Source: Sphagnum compactum
Lineage: Eukaryota
Direction of reading: 5' to 3'
Assembly (NCBI GenBank): GCA_965153455.1
Contig: OZ234493.1
Span: forward strand, 27,332,213-27,396,212
DNA length: 64,000 nucleotides
Part shown: positions 1 through 13,862 of the stretch, one piece after another
How the letters are laid out: each line of letters starts with the position of its first letter
Position numbering within the stretch: the stretch's first letter is position 1
The notes under the pieces: generated by a model
Database searches by the model: none
Seen by the model: the letters and a program-made list of their open reading frames with translations, nothing else
Told to the model about the DNA's origin: nothing
Position numbers and translations under genes: made by a program

Positions 1-1059
1 CACACATAAGTATTGTATATTTTGGTAGTTATTGTTAAAAACTAAAATAGTTTTGAAGATCCAATCGCAAAACACAATATCCACATATGAAAACAATGTC
101 ATTTCAAATATAATACACCTCAATAATTATTACATATTTGTGACCAAAATGCAAGCATTCTTTTTGTTTCTTTTTTTTGGGATTTTTTAAATTTTTTTTG
201 TAGACTTTTTTTTCATCTTAATTTTTATTTTTCTAATTTATTTTACTTTTTTCCTTCTATTTTTTTTTCTTGTTCTAAATTATTTTCTTCTATTACTGAT
301 CTTTTTTTTCTATTTTTTTATATTTTTATCATCATCATTTTTTTCATTGAGCATGCATATTTTATGCCCAACATTTGGGTATTGCACAAACCATCCCAAA
401 AAACCAGCCATCATTTTATGCTTCAAATGTGGGTATTGCAAATTCATTATAAAAAAACTAATGTTTGTTTTGTGACCCTTATCCAAGTATTTCACATTGA
501 ACTTTATGTTTTTGAAGTTCTTTTAATGCAACATTGCAATATGTTTCAAACTCATAATTTTAGGGAAAATTTCAACAAATATTAATGCAATGTTCACATT
601 CAAGGCATGCAAACATAATACAAACGTGAGGTTACAATTGCAATAAGACAGAACTTGTATGTATTGATGCAAATATCACATCTATCAAAACTTTAAAAAA
701 TGTTCAAAAAATGGAAAACATGAACTCTATGTCATTGTAAAAAAACTTAAGTAAGATATGCATGCTACTTTCTAACTTCAATAGACCATTTTCTAAACCT
801 ATTTTCATTAGCCACCATGTCACTCATTCATCGATAAGTTCTTGTTGTTGAAACCATTTTAATAGCATGTTGATGAGTGTAAAATTGATAATGATACAAT
901 TGGAGTTGAATGGCATTGGTTACAAATCGGTATTTCACTGTTACTCAAAGTACATCAAACACATGATACACATTAATATGCAAGTTTGAAAATGTAAACC
1001 AAACCCCAAAAAAATTCCATGGGTATGAACATATATACTCTATTAACTTTTTTCAAAAA

Positions 1060-2010
1060 GAAAATTTGGAAAAAGAAATTGGAAATAAAAAATAAAAAAA
1101 TAGAAAAACAAACTTCATTTTTTGGAGTTTTAAAGACCAAAAAAAAAGGAAAAATAAGGGGAAAGTAAAATAAATATTTAGGACAAACATAATAAAAGAA
1201 ATTTTAAAAAATCTTCTAGCATTTTAAAAAAAAGGAAAAAAGGGGAAAAAAGGAAATATAACCCCCAAAAAAATGAAAAGGGAAAAAAATCTTGAATTCT
1301 TTTTCTTGAATTAAGAAAAAAAAACATAGAAAAGGAAAAGAAAACAAACTTCTTCTTCTAGAAATTAAAAAAATAGAAAAAAATAAAAAAACAAAAAAAA
1401 CAAAAAAGATTTTTGTCTTTTATTTTTTCTTTTCATCTTCTTTCTTTTTTAATTTTCATTTCCTTCTCTTTAATTCTTTTGTCTTCTTCTCTTTCTTTTT
1501 CTTACTTTTCTTTTTTGTTTCTGCTCTCAAACTAAAACAAAAAAAAAACAAGGGAAAGGACAAAAGCATACCTAACATGATGTGCATAACTAATGATAAT
1601 GCAACAAGCAATGGTAGCAAGTGCAACGAAGTGAATGAAAAAAGGAAGATGCTTGAAGAAGGAGATGGAAAACAAAAAAAAAATAAAATGATGAAAAAAA
1701 TGTAACTATAGAAGAAAAGAAAGATACAAAAGATGAAAAATAAAATAAAATAACAACAAAAATGAAAGAAAATAAAATATAAAGAAGAATATATAACACA
1801 AAAAAGGAGAAGAAAAAATAATAATAACAATAGCAAAAAAAAAGAGGAAAAAAAATGATGAAAAAAAAACTACAACAATAATGGGAGAGATGATGATGAT
1901 GGTGGAAGAAAAGAAAAAAGAAAGAATAAAAGACGAGAAAAATAAAGAAGAGGGAAAAAAATGAAGATTTTTTTTGAAATTTAAGGGAAGTGTGGGCTAA
2001 TGAAAAGAAA
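1060..2010. repeat. A-rich low-complexity tract
   Basis: Long runs of A/AAAG/AAAT. The overlapping ORFs are Phe/Lys-rich artefacts. Confidence 0.8.
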
Positions 2011-2039
2011 AACATAACACACCTCAATGTTTTATTTGG

Positions 2040-4400
2040 TTTAGGTTAAATGGTTTGGGTTCATCGCAAAATGGCCAAAACAAACTCATCCACAATTAGT
2101 GCATTGGTGGGTGTTGAGGACATAGGTTTATTATCGCGAAACATGAAATTTTTCATCTTTTGCAATGGTTGCTAAAACATCTCACACAACATCATGTGAG
2201 GCCGTCCTTTCCCCACCATGTGCACAACAAAGAAAGTGGATCTCTAAGATCCAAAGGCTAGCTACAAATGCAGTGTGACACCCCGAGCATTAAAGGATGG
2301 GAAAGACCCAACCTAATGCGTAATGTAGTGGAAAAAACATTTGAAAGTAGGTAAAATAAAGGAATGACTAGGTGGGTTAACACCCAAACACCAACATCTG
2401 GCCTCTCACATGACCTCAAGCATGCTTGATGCAAATTAAATGGTAAATCAGAAGGATGTTAGTAAAGGAATGGTTGTGTAATCTCTATGAAATACTCTCC
2501 TTAAGGTGATTTGTGCTTCTTTCGGCCAATTTCCCAAAAGGGGGGACACATGTTGTAGCCTTTAAGGGGAGAAGTTCTCGTGTTGATGCCAAATGTGTTT
2601 GGAAAAGAAGTGGCCCTAAACTGCTACACCAATCACCTCCAACAAAAACTTGGAAGCTATGTTAAAGGCTACTAAGGCCTAGTTCCCTAGATAGGCAATT
2701 GGAGCAATGACCTTTGAGGAAACCAACCTTACACCCCCATAAGAAATGAAGAAAATTAATTACTAATAGACTAGAGGGGCTTCGAGGCATTCCAATGAGC
2801 TCGAACCCAAAAGCCTCTCAAAAATTCCCATAAGGGTGGAGTAAAAAATGACGAGCTAACTTCGAACTTCTGCACGAAGGGGGAAACAACAACAAAAAAA
2901 ATCAAAGTCTTTATGTGAAATATCAAGAAAGGATACCAAAAGCCACTTGGACATCCCCTAACCTTAGGAGCACATTTGTATGCTGAACATCCTCGATTAA
3001 AGCCCTTTGCCAAAAAAATGAAGTCGAGGAGGTAGAGCCACAGGGGAGGCCAAGGATCTTGATGCCACTAAAGGGACAATAGAATTCGACAAAGGGGACA
3101 AACCTAGGAGGTAAGTTAAACAAAGCCCAAGTTGATCATTTGTGGGGTTGAAAAAAACAACCCCACAAAATCAACTGGGAAGCAAAATGATCAAAGGTGA
3201 GGGAAACAACATGGGCATGGCCGAGGATATGGGTGTCATCAGCCAGGGAAAGGAAGTGACAAGAAGGGAAAACCTTCAAAGAACAATGTAAAACATGAAA
3301 ATGAATAAGGGCAAAAAAGGCCTTGCAAGCGGGTCGCTTTGATGGGTGCCCATAAAAGAAAGAATGACAAACAAAGCCCTTGAAGAAAAATGATGACTGA
3401 AGTAGAAAGGAACCCAAAGGCCATCAAAATAATGAAGAAAAGGAAAAAATTGTAACAATTGGCCCCTTGTTGTTCGAAGTTCCTAGAAGATGGCCTTGTG
3501 CGAGATGGTGTTGAAAGTGTTCGTAATGTCTATCCAGAACACCACCTAATCAGGATGGGCATCTAAAGTGGCCTGAATACCATGGACCGCGGCTTCATAA
3601 CCTCTTCTAATTGCAATCCCGAATTGATATAGTGACAAATGAAAAGCAAATGCATCATGAAACTACAGCCATAAATCCTTGCTCATTAGTTGGTAGAACG
3701 CTTCTCCCATTACAATCAGACGGATGCCATTAGAAAGTTTAGCCAAAGCTAAAAACCTATTAGCCCCAAAAACTTGGGTGCAAAACTAGCAACATGCTAA
3801 TCATCTTTAAGGACGCCAAAGCTATGGCAAGAGGGGCAAGAGCCCTGGCAACACCTGTAAACTCCTTGGCACACCCCAAGGTTAAACTTCGTCCCAATCG
3901 ACATAGGGGGGGGGTGCCAAAAGGGCAAAATCAAAATCGAGCAAAATTGAAAACGCGCCCATAATTAAGGACAAGGCTATTGCTTGTGCCTACATTTGCA
4001 AAAGTTGCTCCACTTGAAGCTCTTCCAAATCACTAGAAAGGAATCATTAAAGGTGCGCCATAATCTATTTATGTTCGACTTCACCCCCACAAAAGGAAAA
4101 GAGAAAGACACCATTGAAGGAACAATAAAAATAAATGTTAGGCTGCCACATCAAATGAATCAAAGGCCCAAATGGGTGCTCAAAGGATCTAACGCCAAAA
4201 CCCAAGCCCAAGCCGCTAGGGGTGGAAAAGGGGCTAAAAAAGAAATAAAAGAACTTGGAGAGCCACTTGGAAGGAAAACCTGATAAGTTTGATTATGCTT
4301 CTAATGTTGAGCCATGCCACATTGGGAAAATAGAACTCCACAAGTTGAACATTGAACGTTGTGAAGAGCTACACCCTTACCTCCAAGGAATGATGAAACA
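2040..4400 (-). mobile_element. Degenerate non-LTR retrotransposon (CRE-like, RT plus C-terminal zinc finger/REL region)
   Basis: The minus strand gives interrupted RT motifs: RFLALAKLSNGIRLIVMGEAFYQL, YQFGIAIRRGYEAAVHGIQATLD, DITNTFNTIS, GTHQSDPLA, SLADDTHILG and GIKILGLPCG. Near 2170-2290 there is a CxC..H..CAHGGERTASHDVV zinc-finger motif. Many stops and frameshifts; boundaries approximate. Confidence 0.8.
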
Positions 4401-5617
4401 CCACAAGGGCCACGAGTTGCTTAAGGAGCCAAACCAGAACGAGGGCCAAAAGTTAAAGAAAAAAAGGCCTCCATTGGACTAAAGGAAAATAGAGAAGAAT
4501 GAAAGATTGAAAAAAGAAAGAAAGAACAAGAAGAAAAGAAGAAAGAAGTTAGCCATGCCAAAAAAAAGGAACAAAGGGAAAATGAAAAAAAGAAAAGAAA
4601 AAGAAGCAAGAAAGAAAAAATAAGAAGAAAAGAGAAAGGAAGGAAAAACCAAAAAAAAGAAGGAAACAAAAGAAAAAAAAAACATGTACCTCATTTTGGA
4701 AAGAAACAAAAAAAGAAGAAATAGGAAAATAAGCCTAGAAAAAAAGAAAAAAAAAATGTACCTCAGGTTATCACACTATTCCCACCCGCTAACCCTTCTT
4801 TTGCCATCGCCAGGACACTTCTTTGACATGCTAACACACTTGCCACCATCGCTAGAACCAAAACCATTACCTTTCTACCCCTACGCATTCTCACACCCTC
4901 CACTTTCGTGTCTACCTCAAAAGTAGCCCCACTATTGCCTCCTCTTTCTCTCACACACACTCTCAAAATGGCTACAGCTTATTTGTCCAACTAAAGAAAA
5001 GGAAAGGAGGAAGAGACATACTCAAATCTTGCGGCCAAGTTCTAAAATCTTCATTGCAACAAGTAAGCACAAGAGTCAATGATGGTGTGCACATGATGAT
5101 CATGAAAAACATAGATTTCAAACCAAGAAAACAACTACCAAGAAACCTCCCCTCTCTTTCCCTTTCTCAAAATCATATGCATTGGTTGCCTGATGCAAAT
5201 TGCCAACAAATGTTTATATGAGATTTTGCCACGCAAAAACTTGTAGGTACATTGAGTAGAAGCAGCTCATTTGCATGGTAGAAAACTTTGCTTGTTGGCT
5301 ATGGTGTTCTAGCTTCCCTCCTAAACTTTCCACTGCTATTGCCACCCAAAGGGACGATGAAACACCAAAAAGACCATGAATCGCCCAAGGAGCCAAACCG
5401 AACGAGAACCCAAAACCAAAATGAGAATGGTTAGTTATTCAACAAGTCGTACTAGGCAAGACATCATCAAAATGGTTGATTTTAAACATTTTGTCATATG
5501 GACCTCTATTGGTGTGTTCAACAAAGACAATATATGCACAACCAATATATGTCATTTAAAAAGGAACAACAACAAAGCTACAGAGCTAGGCTGTATAACT
5601 AAACCCATGAGCTTGGT

Positions 5618-5910
5618 GGCTTCAGTGAACCAACACCCACCAGCACACCATACACTGGATGCTTGTTATTACTGAGTTGTGCCTGATCCTCTGCGGAGTT
5701 AATATTTGGTTTCACCTTGATAATCAATTCTGTAAGAAATAGGTCTCATATATAGGTAGGTAAGAAAATAGGTAACTACTAGGTAAGAAGATGTTTACAT
5801 AGAGGTAAGGCTGTTTTTACTACTTACCTACTAAGAACCTGCTTGTGAGTTGTTAGTAGGTAGGTAGAATAAAAACCAACTGAACTAATCACCATGGTTA
5901 GTTAGGGACA
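5618..5910 (-). mobile_element. Partial copy of the MULE-type MITE at 11689-12078, in inverted orientation
   Basis: Reverse complement of about 11770-12078, sharing ttggtttcaccttg, aggtaaggctgtttttactac, gttgttagtaggtaggtagaa and accatggttagttaggga. Only one TIR-like end is present. Confidence 0.75.
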
Positions 5911-7457
5911 TGTAAACATCCTCCCCCCAAGAAGCTTTGTCCAACACATTTTCAAGCTTGACTTTTTATGTCTTTTTGCGCTCTACATGGTTCTATGCAA
6001 AATTGTTATGCATGGTTTTACATTTTTTTGCAATTTTATTTTATTTTATTGTTCTGCATGTTTGGCATGCTATGCCAATCTCAAACCCAACACCTCTTAG
6101 TAAACACCAAGCATATCAACCTTAAAAGTGTAAAATCCCTCCTCTTTTCACAAACAACAATATTCACATCTATCCTTTAGCATGAGAGGATCATATACCT
6201 ATTGCCTTAATTACAGCTCCAATTTTGGAAATGTTTTTAAATTAGGCACATATGTTCACACACTTTGCACTCTTCATAAAATAAATTCTTTCATGCAAAT
6301 ATTTGTTCTACTTATCCCAAGCAGCCCAAGTGGTAACTTGAACCCAAGGTTCAAAAGAGGGTATGAGTTATAGGATAAAACTAAGCTCACTCTAAAACCA
6401 ATTGGTATTCTTTCTTCACTTAAACATGTTCGGATCTTACTCTTCAAGTTACCATGAATTTTTCAAGTTGTTTCTCCATTAGCATCACACAATTTGGGCA
6501 AAATAATTAGGTAATGTTATTACCATCCCGGAGCTTAGTGAATAAGCACCATTCTCTAACTATTGATTCAATCCCCAAACACAATGAAGCTCAAGGAAAA
6601 ATAATCACTGAAATGTGGATCAAGTGTCATGGTGGGCTTTACTTGACATTCCGTTACATTGTGATACATACATCTAGTGCCTACAATAATGGTGGATGAT
6701 GGGAAACAACAATGGAGTAGATGGCTACCAATGTGGTTGGAAGTTGGAACCACAACCACCCAGGTGACAAGCTTTAATTTAACATGCCCCCATGCAACAT
6801 GTCTAGGCTTTTCAACCATGAAGATCCATCATCTGATGCATGGGCCCAAGAATGTATTTCCATTTGTGGGTCTATGAGACAAAAAAAATTGGGATATAAC
6901 CAATTGTATATAAATTCAGTTTAAAATATTTCGTCCAATGTAAGTAAAAAAAATTCACATTATGTGATGAAAGACCTAATTTTAAAAATCTATCTAGATT
7001 GATTTGGTTTAAACTTTTTGTCTCCAACTATAATTTTTTTGCAAAGTAGGGTTACGATGAAATTGTGAAATGGTAAATTATACCTTAGCACTAGTCATGC
7101 ACATGAGTAAAAGGACACTTTTGTCATTAAAATGAACAAATTTGAAGACTATTATTTTGACAATAACAATATGACATTTGAATCTCATTCAACAAATTTA
7201 ACAAACACAATTTTAAAAAAAAATTTGATAGGGTTCATCTTGCACAAACGTTACCATGTCTCTAAATTTTTAGAATCTCATTGAAAATTGTGAGTAAATT
7301 TTTTAAGATCTTTTGTCACTTGATTTAACTGAATGTCCCACTAAAATCCAAATATTTTAATTACTTTTTAGCATCTGATTTAAGGGGTGTACAACTAAGT
7401 CTTGCAAAGTTCAAATTTGGGCAATATTGATAATGAATAATGAATAAGGACAATGTT

Positions 7458-7548
7458 GCCTATGAACCACCTTTCAACCCCCTATGAGTGGCCTTTCAAC
7501 CCCCTATGAACCGCCTATGAACCAACCTCCTATGAACCTCCAATGAAC
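7458..7548. repeat. Short tandem repeat (cctatgaacc / cctttcaaccccctatga units)
   Basis: About six imperfect cctatga-containing units. Confidence 0.6.
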
Positions 7549-7985
7549 AATGTGGTTTTTGCTGCTGCCCTGCCTGGCACTATACCAAAAGGGGTTGGGA
7601 GTTTAGTGCCAAGGATGAGCCATGGTGTAGTTAGTCTACCTAAGACTTGGTATAGTGGACACACTAGGTAAATCCCAATTTTTTAGAATCTGATAATAGA
7701 ATCTAAAAATCTTTAGGATTTAAAATTTTAGATTTTATAATAAATCTATTTATAATTTCAAGATTTTCTAATTCTAAATTATAGTTTTTTTTAGAATTCT
7801 GAAGTTATATATCAGATACATATCCACTATTCTTAAAGATCAAAAGATCACAATTTAAAAAAAATTTATTGTCCTGCACGTTGTTATTTAATGCTACATC
7901 CCTTCTCGGGAAGGGATGCTAGTCAATGATGCAGAAAATTGAAAAAATAAAAATAAAAACACCATAAGCTGCAAAAAATGCACCT

Positions 7986-8058
7986 GCAACCCTAAACCCT
8001 TAAACCTTTCCTTTAAGGAAAGGGTGCAACCCTAACCCTAAACCTTTCCTTTAAGGAA
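7986..8058. repeat. Direct duplication containing telomere-like aaccctaa motifs
   Basis: gcaaccctaa..taaacctttcctttaaggaa occurs twice, about 40 bp apart. Confidence 0.6.
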
Positions 8059-11000
8059 GAGTGTGAGTATGGTATTGTATAAGGAAGAAAGGTTGTCAGT
8101 ATCTGGATCAATTCCAGCCAGCATCAAGAGTTGGGTTTCTGCAAGGGATTTGCTTGCACATGTGGTATATTGGGTTGGGGAGCGAGTTGCTAAAGTATGT
8201 GCTATACGGACTTGTTGGTTGGCACGAAAACCATATGTTTGTTGTCCAACCCGTTCTCTTCGTCAAGTCTCATATGTTCTTTGTCGTTACTCATTACCAC
8301 CTCCTCCTCCTCATTGAGGTCCATGTGTTTGTTGTCTTTTCCCTCCTCCTTGTCAAGGTTTCTGCTTTATACAAGGACCGACAACAAACCTTTGAGCTTT
8401 TTATTATTATTCAGAGGGGAAGTGGTGAAAGGGGGTGGGGGGACGGTTGGTCCTTCACATATATGCCAGTGGAAAAAAGGAAGCAAGAAAAGGAAGGGTG
8501 GGAAGGCCTGAAAAGAAAAGGAATGAAGATTGTCGAACAAGGGGTGTGTCACACCATGGCCTTGCCATTTACATTTAAAAGTATCTTAAGGCAAAAGAAG
8601 AAATATGGAAATTCAAATATTTCACCATGCAAAAATATAATCTTTTAAAAAAAAACCCTCCAAAAAAAACCCAAATCCTTCAAGATATCATAACTCCATA
8701 ACTAATCTCAAGTTTCAACACAAGGCAAAAAATGTTATCTTTCAAAAATCCTCATATAAGAATAGACCTATTACCTAGGGGCCAAAATCCATTAAGCTAC
8801 TACTACTAGGTATTCTCTATAATGGATCTAAACACAATATCCTTGCCTACCAAGGCAAGGCGAACAAATGATATTCTAGAATAAATAGGTAGGCATGAAT
8901 GAGAAGATAATAACATATATCAAATGAATAAAACATTGCTTATTGGATGAAGTTGATCATAAAGATGCATTTTCTATACCCCAAACATAGTTACTTACTA
9001 GTTAGGTAGACAGCAGGAGGGGGAAGTAAGATGGGTTAGGAATTACAAGGAGGGAAAGGAGGGAACTCACGTGGTGCAAGAGAGCACGAGAAAGGGGCCA
9101 TTATGGTGAAGAGGCTGCCAACGGGTCCAAGACAAACCGTTGTTGTCGTCAAAAGGTTGGGAACTTTTGCAAGGGTCGTTTTTGGTTGCAACTTGCTCGA
9201 TATAAAGGAGGCTGGGTGGGTCCAAGCGGGGCAGGTTTTCAAGGTTGGTTTTGTCTTCACTTGTCATGCTTGTGAATAGGCAAAAGCTGGACTACATTCG
9301 GGCAAGTGTAGAGTGTATGAGGTTTTGAAGCTTTCTTATTATGTACGATGTTCAGGAATGCACAATGATTGATACCGTACGTAGGCTTCTTGTATTTCTT
9401 GCATGCTTTGCTTATGTTCTTGCATTTCTTGCATGCTTTGTTTCCACACAGGTCATGCTTTCCTATTTTCCAAGTTGGTTCAAGGACACTGAAGCTAACA
9501 AATTATTGCGTGGGGGAAGAAAATCAACATAAATTGTATTAGTGACCTTTGGAGTGATGGAAGGCATTCATATTATCGGTAGCATGCAAACTATAATACA
9601 GTTCTTTGACTCCAACTTAGCCAAGGAGCTGGCCGGCTTGGACTGTAAGCCTCTTTCCCATGCTTTAAGTAGTGCCTCCCTAGGAGACGGGTGTTCACAT
9701 GGTGTTCATTGGGCTAAGCGGTTTTTTTAGGGACAATTTTTTGTGGATTTTTTTAAACCTGAAAAGTATGATATTTCAACACATATAAAGGAATTTTTTG
9801 GTGAAAAACATAGCCACACTTTTTATCAAATGTCAAGATTTCTTTTGAATCCACTCAATGTCTACAAACAAGTTTCAATAGATAGCCAAAATATAAAAAA
9901 AGATTCCTAATTTTTTATTTTAAAAAAATAAATTCATATCTACTCTACAGCCAAATTTGGCAAGATTTTTTTTCAGTAGTAGGAGGGTAGTAGTTTGTCA
10001 GAATTCTAACTACTTGAGAGCTATCTGTTATGAATTGACCGTTAATTACCTACCATACCATCTTTCAATGTCCATACAAAGTGATTGTACCTTTGCATTT
10101 AGTTACTGGATCTAGAACAACTGGGTAGGGTTTGGCGCCCAACGTTTAGTGGCACTTGGCACATTAGCACAACAGATTGAAGGCAGTAGTGATAAATAGT
10201 AGTATATTATTATTAAAATGGCCAAGTTCAACTGGTTGCTTGTTCAATTCATCACTGGGCCACAACCAAACCTTTTTACTTCAACCCTAAAACGCTTGAT
10301 AATAAGCCAAAGCTGGCCTTTCTGGGAATTTCACTTTTGTGCCCAAAAGCTGTACAAAAAATTGGGTTTAGTGGGCTGGGTTTGTGTGCCATTTGGAGTC
10401 CAAGTCTAGTGTTTAAACAATAAAATACAATGAATAGTTAGTAACACAGGCTCAATGACCCCTGAATCAGCTTGAAATTGGCAACCCGACAACATTTGTC
10501 CTCATTTGTTGTGGTATTGTTGTTTGATTTCACTCTTGGCTAGTCCCTAGAGAGCTGCAACAAATGAGGAAGGTGTTTTGGTGTGTTGAATTGAGGTTGA
10601 GATGTTTGATAAATGGCTTTACCGGAGGAGCACGTGCTTACCCTCATATGATGTCAATTAAAGTGTTAGATCTTGTCATTTGCCAAGCCATTGAGCCTCA
10701 AATTTTTGTCACAACACACCCAAGAAGTGCACTTCAAATCCAAGAGTTGGTTTATTCAACTAATGCATGCATGCATCAGTTCTTAAATGTGGAGATGATT
10801 CTAGAGTTGGGTTCAAGGCTGGTGCACTTCCCCATATACTTTGGTTCTCTAATCCTTTCCATCTTTATTCCCATTTTTTTTTCCCTCTTTGGCCACCTAT
10901 CTCTTCATGCTTTGTCCTTGGCCATCCCAAATTGCCCCTCTTTGCCCCTTCTCCAAAAAAAAAGGGGGGGTTGGAAAAAAGAAATAAAGGTGTAGGTGCT

Positions 11001-11688
11001 AGTTCGCCCAAGGTAAAATATAAAATCCATGACAAGAGGGTCTCTCCCCTAAACAACAAATACTTTTTTTTTTCTTATCCGAATTCATTGTTAGTGGTCC
11101 TTTGCTAATATTAAACATATGGCGGATTCATCCTTTTATAATGATATATGAAAAACCACAACACTTCCACTTGATGGTATTGTTCTTTTGCAATGTCACT
11201 ACACATTTTGCAATATTTGTATTTGCTACCTTGTTGAAGGCCACTCTTCTTGCTCCAACACTTTTAATATTCATGTTTAACCACTACCTTCGTAATTGAT
11301 TAAATGATGAAGGTCACATGTTTAAATAAAGAACATAACAATGGTTTCCATAACCTTTTACAACTTTTGGAACAACATTTGAAAGGCAATTGCAAATCCT
11401 TTTACATATAATTGTGTGTATCCATCCCAAAGGATAAATGTTAGCTAAAAGGCATGTCTACGCATGCCACATCAAGATGGTAAAACGTTGATAAGTTATG
11501 TTAGCCTTTACTTGGATTGATAGTTTTGCAAAGCTTAAATACCGTCATTGGATTGGAAAAAATTCACAAAGCTTGAATACACTTACAAGGCTGATATATG
11601 AAAATAAAGGTGCCTTCTCAACCTTTTGTAGTTAAATTGAAGTTCACAAAATAGAGTGGCAATGTAAGCACTAAGGGTATGAAAGGTG

Positions 11689-12078
11689 GGCTACAGTGAA
11701 CCAGCACCCATGAGTGCACCATGAAGGATGAATGGTGAACAATCAGGAAACAATTTTCTGTTGGGTTCCAGTTCCCTAGCTAACCATGGTGGTTACCTCA
11801 GTTGCTTTTCTTTCTTTTTTTTCTACCTACCTACTAACAACCCACAAGCAGGTTGCTAGTAGGTAGTAAAAAACAGCCCTTACCTATGAGTAAACCATCT
11901 ACTTACTTAGTGGTTACCTATTTTCCTACCTAATCTACTTATGTATAAGACCTATTTCCTACACAATTGGTTACCAAGGTGAAACCAAAGATTAACTCAG
12001 TTTACGTTCATCCACAACTAAAACGAAATAACGGGCATCCAGTGGATGGCGTGTGTTGGGTGCTGGTTCACTGTGGCC
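11689..12078. mobile_element. Non-autonomous Mutator-type MITE, 390 bp
   Basis: TIRs are GGCTACAGTGAACCAGCACCCA and TGGGTGCTGGTTCACTGTGGCC. A perfect 9-bp TSD, tgaaaggtg, lies at 11680-11688 and 12079-12087. Confidence 0.9.
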
Positions 12079-12710
12079 TGAAAGGTGGGCCTTTATCTCA
12101 TCTCGTGGCTACAAGGCCCCAAATAAACAATAAAATAAAATGAAAGAAAATGGCGGGGCTGGTGTCCTCCCCCATGGAGTCCGCCTCGGATTTTTTTAAT
12201 AATGGAAAATAATAATAATAATAATAATAATTGGACTACTTTGAGATCAACTGCCCATTCAGCATGGTAGGAAGTAGGTACCTAGTCATGTAGTGCACGA
12301 GGTTCAATTATGGGACTAGGGTCTTAACCTGCTAGAGCACACAGAGTGTTCACGGTGATCAACACGCTTCAGCTGGTTACCGGACATAACCTACCATGAA
12401 AAGGGTTCTCAATATGCTGCAACACTCTTTGGAGTGGATGGAAAGTTACATAATCGTCTTATAAATGGATGAAAAAACCATCTAACCCTCCTGTCCAAGG
12501 CTGGTGAATAGCAATTGTGTGCTGAATAAGATAGTGAACAGGGGAGTCCTTTGGGCGGTTATTAGAAATGGCACCAACTAACTATCTGAAGGTTATCAGG
12601 GAGGTTATATATCATTTGAGATATATAATAATTAATCACAGTTCTCAAAAATCAAATAACCAATAATAATGGTGCAGAACTAACTGCAATGATTTTTGAG
12701 AACTGATTGT

Positions 12711-12713
<3 letters not shown>

Positions 12714-12751
<38 letters not shown>
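12714..12751. repeat. (TA)n microsatellite
   Basis: Direct reading. Confidence 0.9.
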
Positions 12752-12753
<2 letters not shown>

Positions 12754-12939
12754 CTGCAATTCTTCAACCAAAAAATACTCTAAAAATCATTCAAATAGAC
12801 ATTCATAAAAGCCTATTTCTAATTTTTTTTTCAAACATCAAAACTTGAGGTTATTTAAAAATCAAATAACCGCCCAACACTCATCATTGTACAAATGGCA
12901 AGCTTGGGCTGGAGTCACTGGTGGAAGTCAGTAAAAACG

Positions 12940-13068
12940 GGTACTTGAAAGTCAGTAGGGGAGTGTCCCTCACTCAGGCAGGGTTCAAGTCTCAGATTAT
13001 TGGCAGGAATGAGGCAGGTATATCCCGGGTATTTAAACCGGGTACTCCCTACTGACTTTCAAGCACCG
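12940..13068. repeat. Inverted repeat / small MITE-like element upstream of the MYB gene
   Basis: ggtacttgaaagtcagtaggggagt pairs with actccctactgactttcaagcacc. Confidence 0.65.
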
Positions 13069-13862
13069 ATATATGTATATATAGAGATATTGGTATGTTT
13101 GGTTTTCATTAATTTTATTTGTTTTGGGTAGGGTAGTTGCAAGAGCTTTCCTTCCTTTTTCTTTCTTGGCTGCTCTTTTTCTCTCTCTCTCTCTCTCTCT
13201 CTCCCTCTCTCTCTTTTCTTTTCTCCTGTATTCTGCCGCCCCCCTTCCCCTTACTTCCCTAACGTCTTTGGGACCCTGTCTTCCCCCATTGTTTCGGGCT
13301 GTTTATAGTTCCCGTTTCGGTTCTTCCGCTCCCATGTCCATTTGTGGACGTTGAGTGCTGTCCAAAACCTTCTGTCTCTTATCTTCCTGTGAGAGAGAGA
13401 CACACACACACACACACAGAAAAAGGGAAAGAGAAAGGAAGGGGATAGGGAGGCACAGAGACAGAGAGATTGATTTTGTGTGATGCCATCTATTTTCTTT
13501 TTCTTTTGCATTCTGTTCTTGGGTGCGAATTTTATTCTCGATTGAAGAAAAAAATTAGCTCCAATTACATTCTCTTTTAGCCTGCTTGATCCGAAATCTG
13601 GGTACTGCGGTGGTTCCCATTCTTTTTGTTTCTGCTTTATCTGTTTGTGAAGAGAGTTTTGGTGTTTCTTCTTCAAAGGTTAAGTGAGGAAGGCGAAGGC
13701 GAACCGTCGCATTTGGTCTCGATCTGACAAAAAGAGAGTGCAATTTGGTTCAGAGGTGCGAGAGAACTAGGAGAAGAGGGAGGGAGGGAGGGAGGTAGAT
13801 TTCCTTAGCTCGGAAGAGAGAAACCCCATATATGAGGCAGAGAGGATCGGCAACAACCGGGA

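Noticed and set aside
1456-2027. Phe/Leu-rich ORFs resembling membrane proteins (also 4421-4709)
   Set aside because: They are translations of A-rich low-complexity DNA.
6100-6900. Possible transposase remnants (also 11100-11680 and 26900-27700)
   Set aside because: Protein-like in places, but no diagnostic motif could be identified confidently.
7986-8058. Interstitial telomere
   Set aside because: Only two or three imperfect CCCTAAA units, too short to call.
8063-9730. Cluster of 60-160 aa ORFs with moderately high GC
   Set aside because: No recognisable domain or consistent splice pattern. Probably decayed repeat, but I could not classify it.
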